This document shows, one piece after another, positions 10,069-18,480 of a stretch of 56,249 nt of DNA (the first letter of the stretch is position 1; the number at the start of each line of letters is the position of its first letter). Below the pieces are notes generated by a model. The model saw only the letters and a program-made list of their open reading frames with translations, was not told where the DNA came from and did not search any database. This DNA comes from Solirubrobacteraceae bacterium (GTDB lineage Bacteria; Actinomycetota; Thermoleophilia; Solirubrobacterales; Solirubrobacteraceae), in the NCBI GenBank assembly GCA_036771025.1, contig DAIPIC010000001.1, positions 1 to 56,249 on the forward strand. The letters run 5' to 3'. A program made the translations under genes and the position numbers.

Positions 10069-11450
10069 GCCGCGAACCGGTCGCCGGCGTAGTTCATGAA
10101 CTTCGGGTACTGCTTCTGGAAGGTGAGCACCACGTCGCCCACGGGTCCGTTGCGATGCTTGGCGATGATGATGTCGGCCTCCCCCGGACGCTCCGACTCC
10201 TCTCGCAGGTAGTACTCCTCGCGGTAGATGAACATGACGAGGTCGCTGTCCTGCTCGATCTGGCCCGAATCTCTCAGGTCCGACAGGATCGGCCGCTTGT
10301 CGCCGCCCCGCTGCTCCACGGCGCGGCTGAGCTGCGAGATTGCGATCACGGGAACGTTCAGCTCACGGGCCAGGCTCTTCAGACCGCGGCTGATTTGACT
10401 CACCTGCTCGACTCGATTCTCGATGCGACCCTCGTGGCGCATGAGCTGGAGGTAGTCGACGATGATCAGGCCCAGGCCGCCCGGTAGGTGGTGGTGCAGT
10501 CGGCGGGCCTTGGCCCGCACGTCAAGCACCCCCGTATCGCTCGAGTCATCGACGTAGAGGGGGGCCTGCGAGAGCCGACGGCAGGCCTCGAGGATCTTCG
10601 GCCACTTGTGCTCCGGGACCTTTCCCAGACGAAGCTCCTCGCCGTTGATCTTGGACTGGGAGGCGACGAACCGCTGTGCCAGCTCCGACTCAGACATCTC
10701 GAGCGAGAACAGAACGACCGGATAGGCGCGATGCTCGGGATGCCCGATCCCCAGAGATGCGTTCTCGGCGATGTTTGCGACCAGGGCCGACTTGCCCATC
10801 GACGGGCGGGCAGCGATCACAATGAGATTCCCGGGCTGAAAGCCGCCCGTCCGGTCATCGACATCTTTGAATCCAGACGGCGTGCCGGTCAGCGGCGACT
10901 TTGCCACCGACAGCTGGTGCAGGCGCTCGGTTTCCTCGTGCAGGATGTCGGCGACCGAACGAAGCTTCTTCTGGCGATCGTCGTGGGCCACCTCGAGCAC
11001 GGCCCGCTCCGCGTGCTCGATCAGGTCGCGCGCCGGTGCCTCGCGAGCGAACACGCTGGCCTGGATTTCGTACGTGCTCGTCAGCAGCGCACGCATCTGG
11101 GCGTTTTCCCGGACGATCCGCCCGTACTCGCGCGCGTGTCCCGCGGCCGGGACCCAGCCAGCCAGCTCGTTGATCGCCTCCGGTCCGCCGACGTCATCCA
11201 GCTTCCCGTGCTGCCGGAGAGTCTCGGCGACCGTGAGGTGATCGATCTTGCGGTCGGTCTCGAACAGCTCCTTCATCGCGGCGAACACGGCTCCGTGCTG
11301 GTCGCGGTAGAAATGCTCTGGCCGTAGCTGTTCTTCAACCAAGAGCGCGTTCAGGTGCCGCTCGTCGAGCAGCACGGCGCCCAGCACCGATCGCTCGGCC
11401 TCGAGGTTGTGAGGGGGAACAGAGGTCTGCTCGACGGTGGTCATGGTCAC
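10065..11450 (-). CDS. dnaB: Replicative DNA helicase
   Basis: PPHNLEAERSVLG, AARPSMGKS, FSLEM, IVDYLQL, SQLSR, DLRDSGQIEQD, AKHRNGP; no intein. Confidence 0.98.
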   Translation of the reverse strand: MTMTTVEQTSVPPHNLEAERSVLGAVLLDERHLNALLVEEQLRPEHFYRDQHGAVFAAMKELFETDRKIDHLTVAETLRQHGKLDDVGGPEAINELAGWVPAAGHAREYGRIVRENAQMRALLTSTYEIQASVFAREAPARDLIEHAERAVLEVAHDDRQKKLRSVADILHEETERLHQLSVAKSPLTGTPSGFKDVDDRTGGFQPGNLIVIAARPSMGKSALVANIAENASLGIGHPEHRAYPVVLFSLEMSESELAQRFVASQSKINGEELRLGKVPEHKWPKILEACRRLSQAPLYVDDSSDTGVLDVRAKARRLHHHLPGGLGLIIVDYLQLMRHEGRIENRVEQVSQISRGLKSLARELNVPVIAISQLSRAVEQRGGDKRPILSDLRDSGQIEQDSDLVMFIYREEYYLREESERPGEADIIIAKHRNGPVGDVVLTFQKQYPKFMNYAGDRFAA

Positions 11451-11592
11451 GGGCGGCCGGCGGTCAAAGGCGGGGGCGGGCGACGGTCATCACAGTGCGG
11501 CGAGATTAGAAGGGCGACAGGCGTCAGCGCCGGGCGTGTTCCCGCAAGCAGCGAGGAGTTCGTCAGCGCGCCTGGACGACCGTCGGGAGCGG

Positions 11593-11657
11593 CGCCTGAG
11601 CCCTCCGCCGAGGCGAGGCGTTCAGCCGCCTGAGCCCAACCGGGGCGAGGCGTTCAG
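11593..11657. repeat. Two tandem imperfect copies of a ~32-nt hairpin (CGCCTGAGCCC...GGCGAGGCGTTCAG) after rplI
   Basis: Copies at 11593-11625 and 11627-11657. Confidence 0.7.
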
Positions 11658-12103
11658 GCGGCGACGACCATGGTCTTGATCGTCGCGGTCACCTCGTCGG
11701 CGACCTCGACGACGACCATGTACGTGCCGGTGTGACGGATCGGTTCCTCGAGGTGGATCTTCCGCCGGTCGACACGAATCCCACGCGCTTCGCGAACCGC
11801 GTCCGCGATGTCCTGTGGTGTGACCGACCCGAACAACCGCCCGTCGTCTCCCGCCTGCTGAGGAATCGTCAGCACGGTACGGCTGAGCAGCGAGGCGTTC
11901 TCCTGCGCGCGCTCCTGGGCATCTCGCTGCGCCCGCTCGGCATGCTCGCGTCTCTGAGCCGCCGCCCGGATGGACGCGGGCGTGGCGCTCTCGGCCAGCT
12001 TGCGCGGCAGCAGGTAGTTGCGAAGGTAGCCGGGCGCGACATCTACGACGTCACCGCGCTCACCGAGCGTCTGCACGTCCTGAAGCAGGATCGCTTGAGC
12101 CAT
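11654..12103 (-). CDS. rplI: 50S ribosomal protein L9
   Basis: LGERGDVVDVAPGYLRNYLLP, GRLFGSVT. Confidence 0.97.
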   Translation of the reverse strand: MAQAILLQDVQTLGERGDVVDVAPGYLRNYLLPRKLAESATPASIRAAAQRREHAERAQRDAQERAQENASLLSRTVLTIPQQAGDDGRLFGSVTPQDIADAVREARGIRVDRRKIHLEEPIRHTGTYMVVVEVADEVTATIKTMVVAA

Positions 12104-12114
12104 GATGTTGGTCC

Positions 12115-12411
12115 TCAGCGCTCGGAACGGGCCCCGCGCTCGCCGGGCTCGGCGACGTAGGGCAGCAGCGCCAGCTCACGGGCACGCTTGACCGCCCGCG
12201 CAATCTGGCTCTGGTGCCGGCGGCACGCTCCAGTGATGCGGCGCGAGCGGATCTTTCCCCGCTCGGACACGAACCGCCTGAGCATCGAGATGTCCTTGTA
12301 GTCGACCTGGGCGATCTTCTCGCGGCAGTAAGGGCACGGCTTGCGCCGGGCCGAGCCCATCATGCCCTTTCTGTCGCGCCGGCGAACCGGCCGTCTACGT
12401 TGCTTTGCCAC
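12115..12411 (-). CDS. rpsR: 30S ribosomal protein S18 (Zn-binding C+ form)
   Basis: CPYC...DYKD...[19 protein letters not shown]...[10 protein letters not shown]. Confidence 0.97.
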   Translation of the reverse strand: MAKQRRRPVRRRDRKGMMGSARRKPCPYCREKIAQVDYKDISMLRRFVSERGKIRSRRITGACRRHQSQIARAVKRARELALLPYVAEPGERGARSER

Positions 12412-12439
12412 TCGGGTGCCTCTGGCTGTCGCTTATGCC

Positions 12440-12916
12440 TTAGAAGGGTATGTCGTCCTCCGCGGCTCCCGCGGCGGCTGGCGCCGTTTCGAAGTCCCCG
12501 GTGTCGATCGGAACGTCGCTCTCCGCTGTCTGAACATTGCTGGAGAACCCGTTCCCGTTCCCGCCACCGGCGGCATCGTCGCGCCCGCCGAGGAACTGCA
12601 CGGAATCAGCGATGATATCGACGGCCGAGCGATTCTGGCCGTCGGTCGTCCAAGTGCGATGGCGCAGACGGCCGTCGACTGCGATCTGGCGACCCTTACT
12701 CAGGAACCGGCTGCAGTTCTCGCCCTGCTGGCCCCAGACGGTGACGTCGAAGAAGTTGGCCTGATCCTCCCACTGGTTCGTCTCGGCGTTCTTGCGGCGG
12801 CCGTTTACCGCCACGCGGAGGTTGCAGACAGCGTTGTTGCTGTTCGGGAACGTCCTGAGCTCGGGGTCCTTTGTCAGCCTGCCCGTGAGGACGACGCGGT
12901 TGATGTCTCCTGCCAT
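12440..12916 (-). CDS. ssb: Single-stranded DNA-binding protein
   Basis: NRVVLTGRLTKDPELR, C-terminal DDIPF; SD GAAGGAG. Confidence 0.97.
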   Translation of the reverse strand: MAGDINRVVLTGRLTKDPELRTFPNSNNAVCNLRVAVNGRRKNAETNQWEDQANFFDVTVWGQQGENCSRFLSKGRQIAVDGRLRHRTWTTDGQNRSAVDIIADSVQFLGGRDDAAGGGNGNGFSSNVQTAESDVPIDTGDFETAPAAAGAAEDDIPF

Positions 12917-13124
12917 TTCTGGCTCCTTCCACGGATTGATTGAAAGCCTGCGGCGAGTCTAGGCGCGGCACAGGCGGCAACCCCGGGATCACCCCGCAAA
13001 GTGGCACAAACGACACAGAGTCGGCACGAACCTGTTGCACGGCGTGGCAGAGTCGTCGCAGTCAGCTGGATGGGCCAGGAGGTTGGCCCTACGTGCCCCC
13101 CGCCGGTCGCCGGGAGCGCGACGG

Positions 13125-13685
13125 CTACTCGCCGGCCTCGGCCTCGGGAGGGGTCTCGGCCTCGGAGGGGGCCTCGGCGTCGGCGGGGGCCTCGGCGTCG
13201 GCGGGGGCCTCCGGGCCCGCCTCGGGCGAGGAAGGGACCTCGGGCTCGGCGGCGCTCTGTGCTGCGGTCGGGGCCTCGGGTGCCGCGGTCTGGGCCGCCG
13301 GCGCCGCCGCAGAGCTGGAGCTGGCGGGTTCGGGGCGAGCCGAAGCGGTCACTGGGGCCGGCTCTGGCCTCGGCGGCCCAGGCGTTCCCGGAAGCACCTT
13401 GATGATCCGGAAACGCAGCACTCCGTCCGTGATCTTGAGCGTATGGCCGAGCGAGTCGAGCAGCGTCGGCGGGCCGGTGAACTGAAGCAGGTGGTACTCC
13501 CCGTCCCCCGGATGCGCGATCCGGTAGGCAAGCGGCCGCCTGCCCCAGTCGTTGTCGTGGGCGATCGATCCCCCGCCCGATGAGATCGCTTGCCGCACGT
13601 CGTCGATGATCTTCGCTCGCCGATCCTCCTCCGCATCGTTGGAGAGCACCAGCATGAGGTCGTAGAGGCGAGCTTCTGTAGGCAT
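13125..13685 (-). CDS. rpsF: 30S ribosomal protein S6 with long Ala/Pro/Glu C-terminal extension
   Basis: YDLMLVL, WGRRPLAYRI, GEYHL, VLRFRII; first gene of rpsF-ssb-rpsR-rplI. Confidence 0.95.
   Translation of the reverse strand: MPTEARLYDLMLVLSNDAEEDRRAKIIDDVRQAISSGGGSIAHDNDWGRRPLAYRIAHPGDGEYHLLQFTGPPTLLDSLGHTLKITDGVLRFRIIKVLPGTPGPPRPEPAPVTASARPEPASSSSAAAPAAQTAAPEAPTAAQSAAEPEVPSSPEAGPEAPADAEAPADAEAPSEAETPPEAEAGE
13141..13210. repeat. 18-nt coding tandem repeat (EAPADA units) in the S6 tail
   Basis: GGGGGCCTCGGCGTCGGC twice plus degenerate copies. Confidence 0.75.
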
Positions 13686-13795
13686 CTAGAACGGCCCGCG
13701 CCCGGCCATCGCGGCCTGGCAGCTCGGGCGGCGGACGACTATAGCGGCTGATCTGGGCCCGCCACCCCTGCGATCTTGGTGCAGACTGCACGCCG

Positions 13796-14374
13796 ATGAC
13801 CAGCAAGGACGAGCTTCCGATCCTGCAGTTCGACAGCCAGGCGGATTGGGCTGCGTGGCTCGAACGCCACCACGAAACCGGCCAGGGCGCGTGGCTCAAG
13901 TTCGCCAAGAAGTCATCGGGCATCACGACTGTCACGCACCCCCAAGCCCTGGAGGAGGCGCTGTGCTACGGCTGGATCGACGGCCAGGCCGCCCGGTTCG
14001 ACGAGAGCTTTCACCTCATCCGGTTCACGCCGCGCAGGCCGCGGAGCAAGTGGTCACAGCTCAACCGCGACAAGGTGGAGCGGCTGATGAAAGAGGGCAA
14101 GATGAAGGCTGCAGGCGTCGCCCAGGTCGAGGCCGCCAAGCGGGATGGCCGCTGGGAGGCCGCATATCCGCCCGCGAGTGCCGCGACAATCCCCGAGGAT
14201 CTACAGCGGGCGCTGGACGAGAATCCGGAAGCGAAGGCCTTTTTCGAGACCCTGAAAGGGCAGAATCGCTACGCGATCATCTACCGCGTCCACGACGCCA
14301 AGCGCCCAGAGACGCGGGCGCGCCGGATCGCTGAGTACGTGACCATGCTCGCCGAGCACCGGACGCTGTACTAG
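13796..14374 (+). CDS. YdeI/OmpD-associated family protein
   Basis: WAAWLERHH, EEALCYGWIDG, FTPRRPRSKWS, AKRPETRARRI. Confidence 0.88.
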   Translation: MTSKDELPILQFDSQADWAAWLERHHETGQGAWLKFAKKSSGITTVTHPQALEEALCYGWIDGQAARFDESFHLIRFTPRRPRSKWSQLNRDKVERLMKEGKMKAAGVAQVEAAKRDGRWEAAYPPASAATIPEDLQRALDENPEAKAFFETLKGQNRYAIIYRVHDAKRPETRARRIAEYVTMLAEHRTLY

Positions 14375-14621
14375 GCCCCCGGAACCTGTTCTAGAGCCCA
14401 AAGCGGCCGCGCACGCCCTCCGAATGAGCTCTCGAACAGGCTAATCCTGTCCAAGAGCCATCTCGTAGCGATCGGGACCCCGTTTGCGCCCACGAACAGG
14501 TCCCGAATCAGAAATCGGATGCCAGTGGCATCGCCGGGGCCCCTCGGGTCGCCCGGGCGCCCGGGCCCGGCCGACGCAGGCCGGCGTCGCCGGAACCTCC
14601 GACTCCGGGCCTGGGAACCCT

Positions 14622-16082
14622 CTACGCCTCCGCCGGCGCAGCCTGGGCGTTCGACATCTCGACGTGGGCGCGGCTGTCGCGGGTGCGGATGAGGACCAGC
14701 GTCGCTACCACGCCCAGCGCCGCGATGACCGCTCCGCCGAGGAATGCGCTCTGGAATCCATCGGTTAGAGCCCGGTGCAGAGACGCCCCTCCGCTCGCCA
14801 TCACGTGATGCGTCCGTGTCGTGGCGATCGTCGAGAGCCCCGCCAAGCCGAGCGCCCCGCCGATCTGCTGCGAGGTGTTGATGAGGCCGCTCGCCAGGCC
14901 CTGCTCTCGCTCCCTGACGCCGGAGACGGCCGCGATCGTTGAGGTCACGAACCCGAACCCGAGGCCCATTGCCGCCAACAGCGAGGGGCCGAGGATGTCG
15001 CTGACGAAGCCGCCGCCGACCGACACCCGGCTGAACCAGACGAGGCCTGCCGCCACAAACAGCATCCCCGCGGCGAGGATGGGCTTGAAGCCGAACCGGG
15101 TGACGAGCTGGCCGCCCAGACCGGCGGCGATGATGATCGTGACCGCCAGGGGGAGGTAGGACAGCCCGGCGTGGATCGGGCTGTAGCCGAGCACCTGCTG
15201 CATGTAGAGCGAGATGAAGAAGAACATCGAGAAGAGCGACGCGCCCAGCAGGATCCCGACCACGTTGGCGCCGGTAAGCGTCCTCAGCCGGAAGATCCTG
15301 AACGGAATCAGGGGCGCTGCCGAACGCAGCTCGATCGCGACGAAGACTCCGATCAGGGCAACCGAGAGCGCGAGCAGGCTGACGATCTTGGCCGAGCCCC
15401 AGCCCGCGCTGCTGGCGTCGAGGAGGGCATAGGCGAGGAGCGAAAGTCCGCCGGTGATGCTCACCGCGCCGGCGGCATCGAAGTGGCGCGTCGCCGACTC
15501 CGAGCGGCTCTCGGGGATCAGACGGGGCGTCAGGACCAGGGCGATCAGGGACACCGGGACGTTCACCCACAGCACCCATTCCCAGCCCAGGCCGTCGGTG
15601 AGGATCCCTCCCAGCAGGACCCCGGCGGCACCTGCGGATCCCGCGACCGCGCCCCAGGCACCAAGGGCTTTATTGCGCTCCGCACCGTCCTCGAACAGGG
15701 TGGTGACGATCGACAGCGCCGACGGCGAGATGATCGCCGCACCCAGCCCTTGCGCGGCGCGGGCCGCGATCAGCTGGCCCTGGTTGGCGGCAAATCCCGC
15801 CGCGAGCGACGCGCCCGCCACCAGCACCAGACCCGCCATGAAGACCCGACGCCGGCCCAACAGGTCCGCGGCGCGTCCGCCGAGCAGCAGGAAGCCGCCG
15901 AACGCGATCACGTAGGCATTCACGACCCAAGGCAGATTCTGCTCGGAGAAATGAAGCCCCTTGCCAATGCTGGGAAGGGCGACGTTGACGATCGACGCGT
16001 CCAGCACGACGACGAACTGCGCGACGCACAAAAGAATCAGCGCCGTCCAACGGCGGTCCAGGTATTCACGGGCGATCGTCAT
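14622..16082 (-). CDS. 14-TMS MFS drug:H+ antiporter (DHA2, EmrB/QacA-like)
   Basis: LDASIVNVALPSI, GRAADLLGRRR motif A, GWEWVLWVNVP. Confidence 0.92.
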   Translation of the reverse strand: MTIAREYLDRRWTALILLCVAQFVVVLDASIVNVALPSIGKGLHFSEQNLPWVVNAYVIAFGGFLLLGGRAADLLGRRRVFMAGLVLVAGASLAAGFAANQGQLIAARAAQGLGAAIISPSALSIVTTLFEDGAERNKALGAWGAVAGSAGAAGVLLGGILTDGLGWEWVLWVNVPVSLIALVLTPRLIPESRSESATRHFDAAGAVSITGGLSLLAYALLDASSAGWGSAKIVSLLALSVALIGVFVAIELRSAAPLIPFRIFRLRTLTGANVVGILLGASLFSMFFFISLYMQQVLGYSPIHAGLSYLPLAVTIIIAAGLGGQLVTRFGFKPILAAGMLFVAAGLVWFSRVSVGGGFVSDILGPSLLAAMGLGFGFVTSTIAAVSGVREREQGLASGLINTSQQIGGALGLAGLSTIATTRTHHVMASGGASLHRALTDGFQSAFLGGAVIAALGVVATLVLIRTRDSRAHVEMSNAQAAPAEA

Positions 16083-16181
16083 TGCCTTTCTCCTTTCGCT
16101 TAGCGTCCGGCCCTCTTAAGCCGGCTCCACCCCTTCGACGAGCGGAAGGTGCGCGGGGGGACACGTCCGTCCGATCGAGTA

Positions 16182-16252
16182 CGATTTAGTGGAACCTGAA
16201 ATCCCATTCCGCTACACTATATCGGAAGGGGAATTCACATTCCACTAAATCG
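16182..16252. promoter_or_regulatory. Divergent promoter with probable TetR operators
   Basis: Perfect 13-bp inverted repeat CGATTTAGTGGAA/TTCCACTAAATCG; two GGAA-N12-TTCC boxes (16191-16210, 16224-16243); TACACT(+) and TATAGT(-) between them. Confidence 0.7.
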
Positions 16253-16308
16253 GCGAAATTTTTCGATCCGTCGACGTTTTTCTTGGTCCGCCGTAGCGGA
16301 GCCCGATC

Positions 16309-16953
16309 ATGACCATCACCACCGACCGTAGCCCGGCCCCCGCCGCGAAGGTTCCCGGGGCGGATCGGGCGCAGCGCGCCGACGCCCGGCGCAACCGGGC
16401 GGCCGTGCTCGCGGCCGCCAAGGAGCTGTTTGCCGACCAAGGCCTGGACGCTCAGATGCCTGAGGTGGCGAAGGCCGCGAAGGTCGGAGTGGGAACTGTG
16501 TACCGCCACTTCCCGACCAAGGACGACCTGATCGGCGCCCTGGTCGCCGAGCGCTTCGAGCGCCTGGCGGAGAAGGCGCGGGAGGGCCTCGCGACGGAGG
16601 ATGCCTGGGATGGGATCTCCGACTTCATTCGGTTCTCGGCCCAGATCCAGGCCGACGACCGGGGCCTCTGCGAGGTAATGGGTTCCCGTCCAGAGATGAT
16701 GGACGCCGCCGCCCGTAAGGCCGGGCTTCCCGAGCTCTGCGACCAGCTCGTCAAGCGGGCTCAGCGGTCGGGGCAGCTGCGGCGTGACCTGGCGTGGGAG
16801 GACATCCCGATGATCGCCTGCGGGCTCGGCGGGATCGCCCAGACCGCGGTCGGCCCCCGTGCAGGCCGCTGGCCCCGCCTGGTCGAAATCATTCTCGATG
16901 GCCTTCGAGCACCCGGGAGCGGGAAGCTGCCGCGCGTCCCGGCGCACGGCTAG
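16309..16953 (+). CDS. TetR/AcrR family regulator
   Basis: RADARRNR, HTH VAKAAKVGVGTVYRHFPTKDDL; divergent from MFS. Confidence 0.95.
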   Translation: MTITTDRSPAPAAKVPGADRAQRADARRNRAAVLAAAKELFADQGLDAQMPEVAKAAKVGVGTVYRHFPTKDDLIGALVAERFERLAEKAREGLATEDAWDGISDFIRFSAQIQADDRGLCEVMGSRPEMMDAAARKAGLPELCDQLVKRAQRSGQLRRDLAWEDIPMIACGLGGIAQTAVGPRAGRWPRLVEIILDGLRAPGSGKLPRVPAHG

Positions 16954-16961
16954 CCGCGCAC

Positions 16962-18449
16962 TCAGGCCCTCCGCGCTCCCCAAACGGCGCGCGATTGCTC
17001 CCGTTCGCGGATGTCGGCCATCTGCTCGTCCACCCAGTCGCCCGGATCGCGGGCGGTCACGATCGACTTGAGGCCCTCGAGCCGCTCCCGGCGTTCCGCC
17101 AGCCCCATCGTCAGAGCGGCGTGGATCGAGTCGGCAAGCTCCTGGATGTCGAACGGGTTGACCGATAACGCGTAGTCGCCCAGCTCCTCGTGCGCGCCCG
17201 TGTTCTCAGACAGGATCGAGACGCCGGCGCGCTCGTTGACCATCGGCCCCTCCTTGGCCACCAGGTTCATCCCGTCGAACATGGCATTGACGATCAGGAC
17301 GTCGTAGTGCTTGTAGGAGGCCACGGCTTCCTCCACATCGTCGCGAAGCTTGAGCTGGATCGGCATCCAATCGGGTGAGCCGTGGCGGTGATTGACCACC
17401 GCGACCACGGCCTCGATCCGCTCGAGGTACTCGGCGTATTCCGGGATGTCGGTCCGCGACGGCATCAGCTGAGCGATGAACGTGATCTTCTCTCGGAACT
17501 CGGGGTGCTGTTCCAGAAAGACGTCAAAGGCGCTGAACCCTCGGAGGACGTTCTTACTCAGGTCGGCGCGGTCGACGCGGAGGATCAGGTGGTCGCGGCG
17601 CCGGTACAGCAACTCGTCTTCGAGCTCTCTGACCCGCCGGCGGGCGGCGATCTCCTGCACAGCACCCGAATCGATCGGCAGGGGGTAGGCCCTCACCCAG
17701 ACGTCGTGGTCATCGCACTGCACCAGCCCGCGATCGAAGTCGACCTCGTAGCCGAACAGGTCCTTGCAGCACTGAAGGAAGTTGCGTCGGTAAGAGCGGG
17801 TGTGGAAGCCGATGATGTCGTTTGCCAGGACCCCGTGGTAGATCTCCTCGCGCAGCATCGACGGAAGCACCCGCCAGGAATCCGACTGGCTCCACGGGAT
17901 GTGGACGAAATGGTGAAGCACGACGTCCGGCCGTTCGCGGCGGATCAGGGCCGGCAGCGTGTACAGGTGGTAGTCGTGGACCATGACGACGGGGTTGGGA
18001 ATCCCATCGATCTCCTCAAGCACCGCCCTGGCCAGGTCCTCGTTCACGACGTTGTAGCCGAACTCGAAAGCCTCGGTCTCGTTGCGCCGGATGTCCGGGG
18101 CGTTGGAGAGGTCCCACAGGTAGTGCTGGACGAACCAGAGCATGGGGTTGGCGATGATGTTGTAGAACCGGTCGTAGGCCTCTGGGCTGGATGCCACCAG
18201 CTTGACGCGGTACTCGTGTCCCTCGTCCGTGGAGACCGGAAACGGGCGGCCGTCGTGACGTTCGGCCACCATCATGTCCTCGTCGGTCATCGCCGAGGCG
18301 ACCCAGGTGACGTCGCGGTGGTTGGCGAGGCCGATCAGGGCCGTGACGAGGCCCCCCGTTCCCCGCCGGATCTCGCCGCCACGCTCGAACGTAACTGGGC
18401 CCCGGTTTGAGACGAGAACGAGCGGGTGGCCCGCGGACGAAGAATTCAT
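16962..18449 (-). CDS. otsA: Trehalose-6-phosphate synthase (GT20)
   Basis: VSNRGP, GGLVTAL, VHDYHL, HIPW, DGMNLVAKE, VNPFD. Confidence 0.85.
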   Translation of the reverse strand: MNSSSAGHPLVLVSNRGPVTFERGGEIRRGTGGLVTALIGLANHRDVTWVASAMTDEDMMVAERHDGRPFPVSTDEGHEYRVKLVASSPEAYDRFYNIIANPMLWFVQHYLWDLSNAPDIRRNETEAFEFGYNVVNEDLARAVLEEIDGIPNPVVMVHDYHLYTLPALIRRERPDVVLHHFVHIPWSQSDSWRVLPSMLREEIYHGVLANDIIGFHTRSYRRNFLQCCKDLFGYEVDFDRGLVQCDDHDVWVRAYPLPIDSGAVQEIAARRRVRELEDELLYRRRDHLILRVDRADLSKNVLRGFSAFDVFLEQHPEFREKITFIAQLMPSRTDIPEYAEYLERIEAVVAVVNHRHGSPDWMPIQLKLRDDVEEAVASYKHYDVLIVNAMFDGMNLVAKEGPMVNERAGVSILSENTGAHEELGDYALSVNPFDIQELADSIHAALTMGLAERRERLEGLKSIVTARDPGDWVDEQMADIREREQSRAVWGARRA

Positions 18450-18480
18450 CGAGACAAACGTAGCGACCCGGCGGGGTGCC

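Noticed and set aside
13020..13045. LexA box upstream of ssb (CGAACCTGTTGC)
   Set aside because: Spacing and right half do not fit CGAAC-N4-GTTCG
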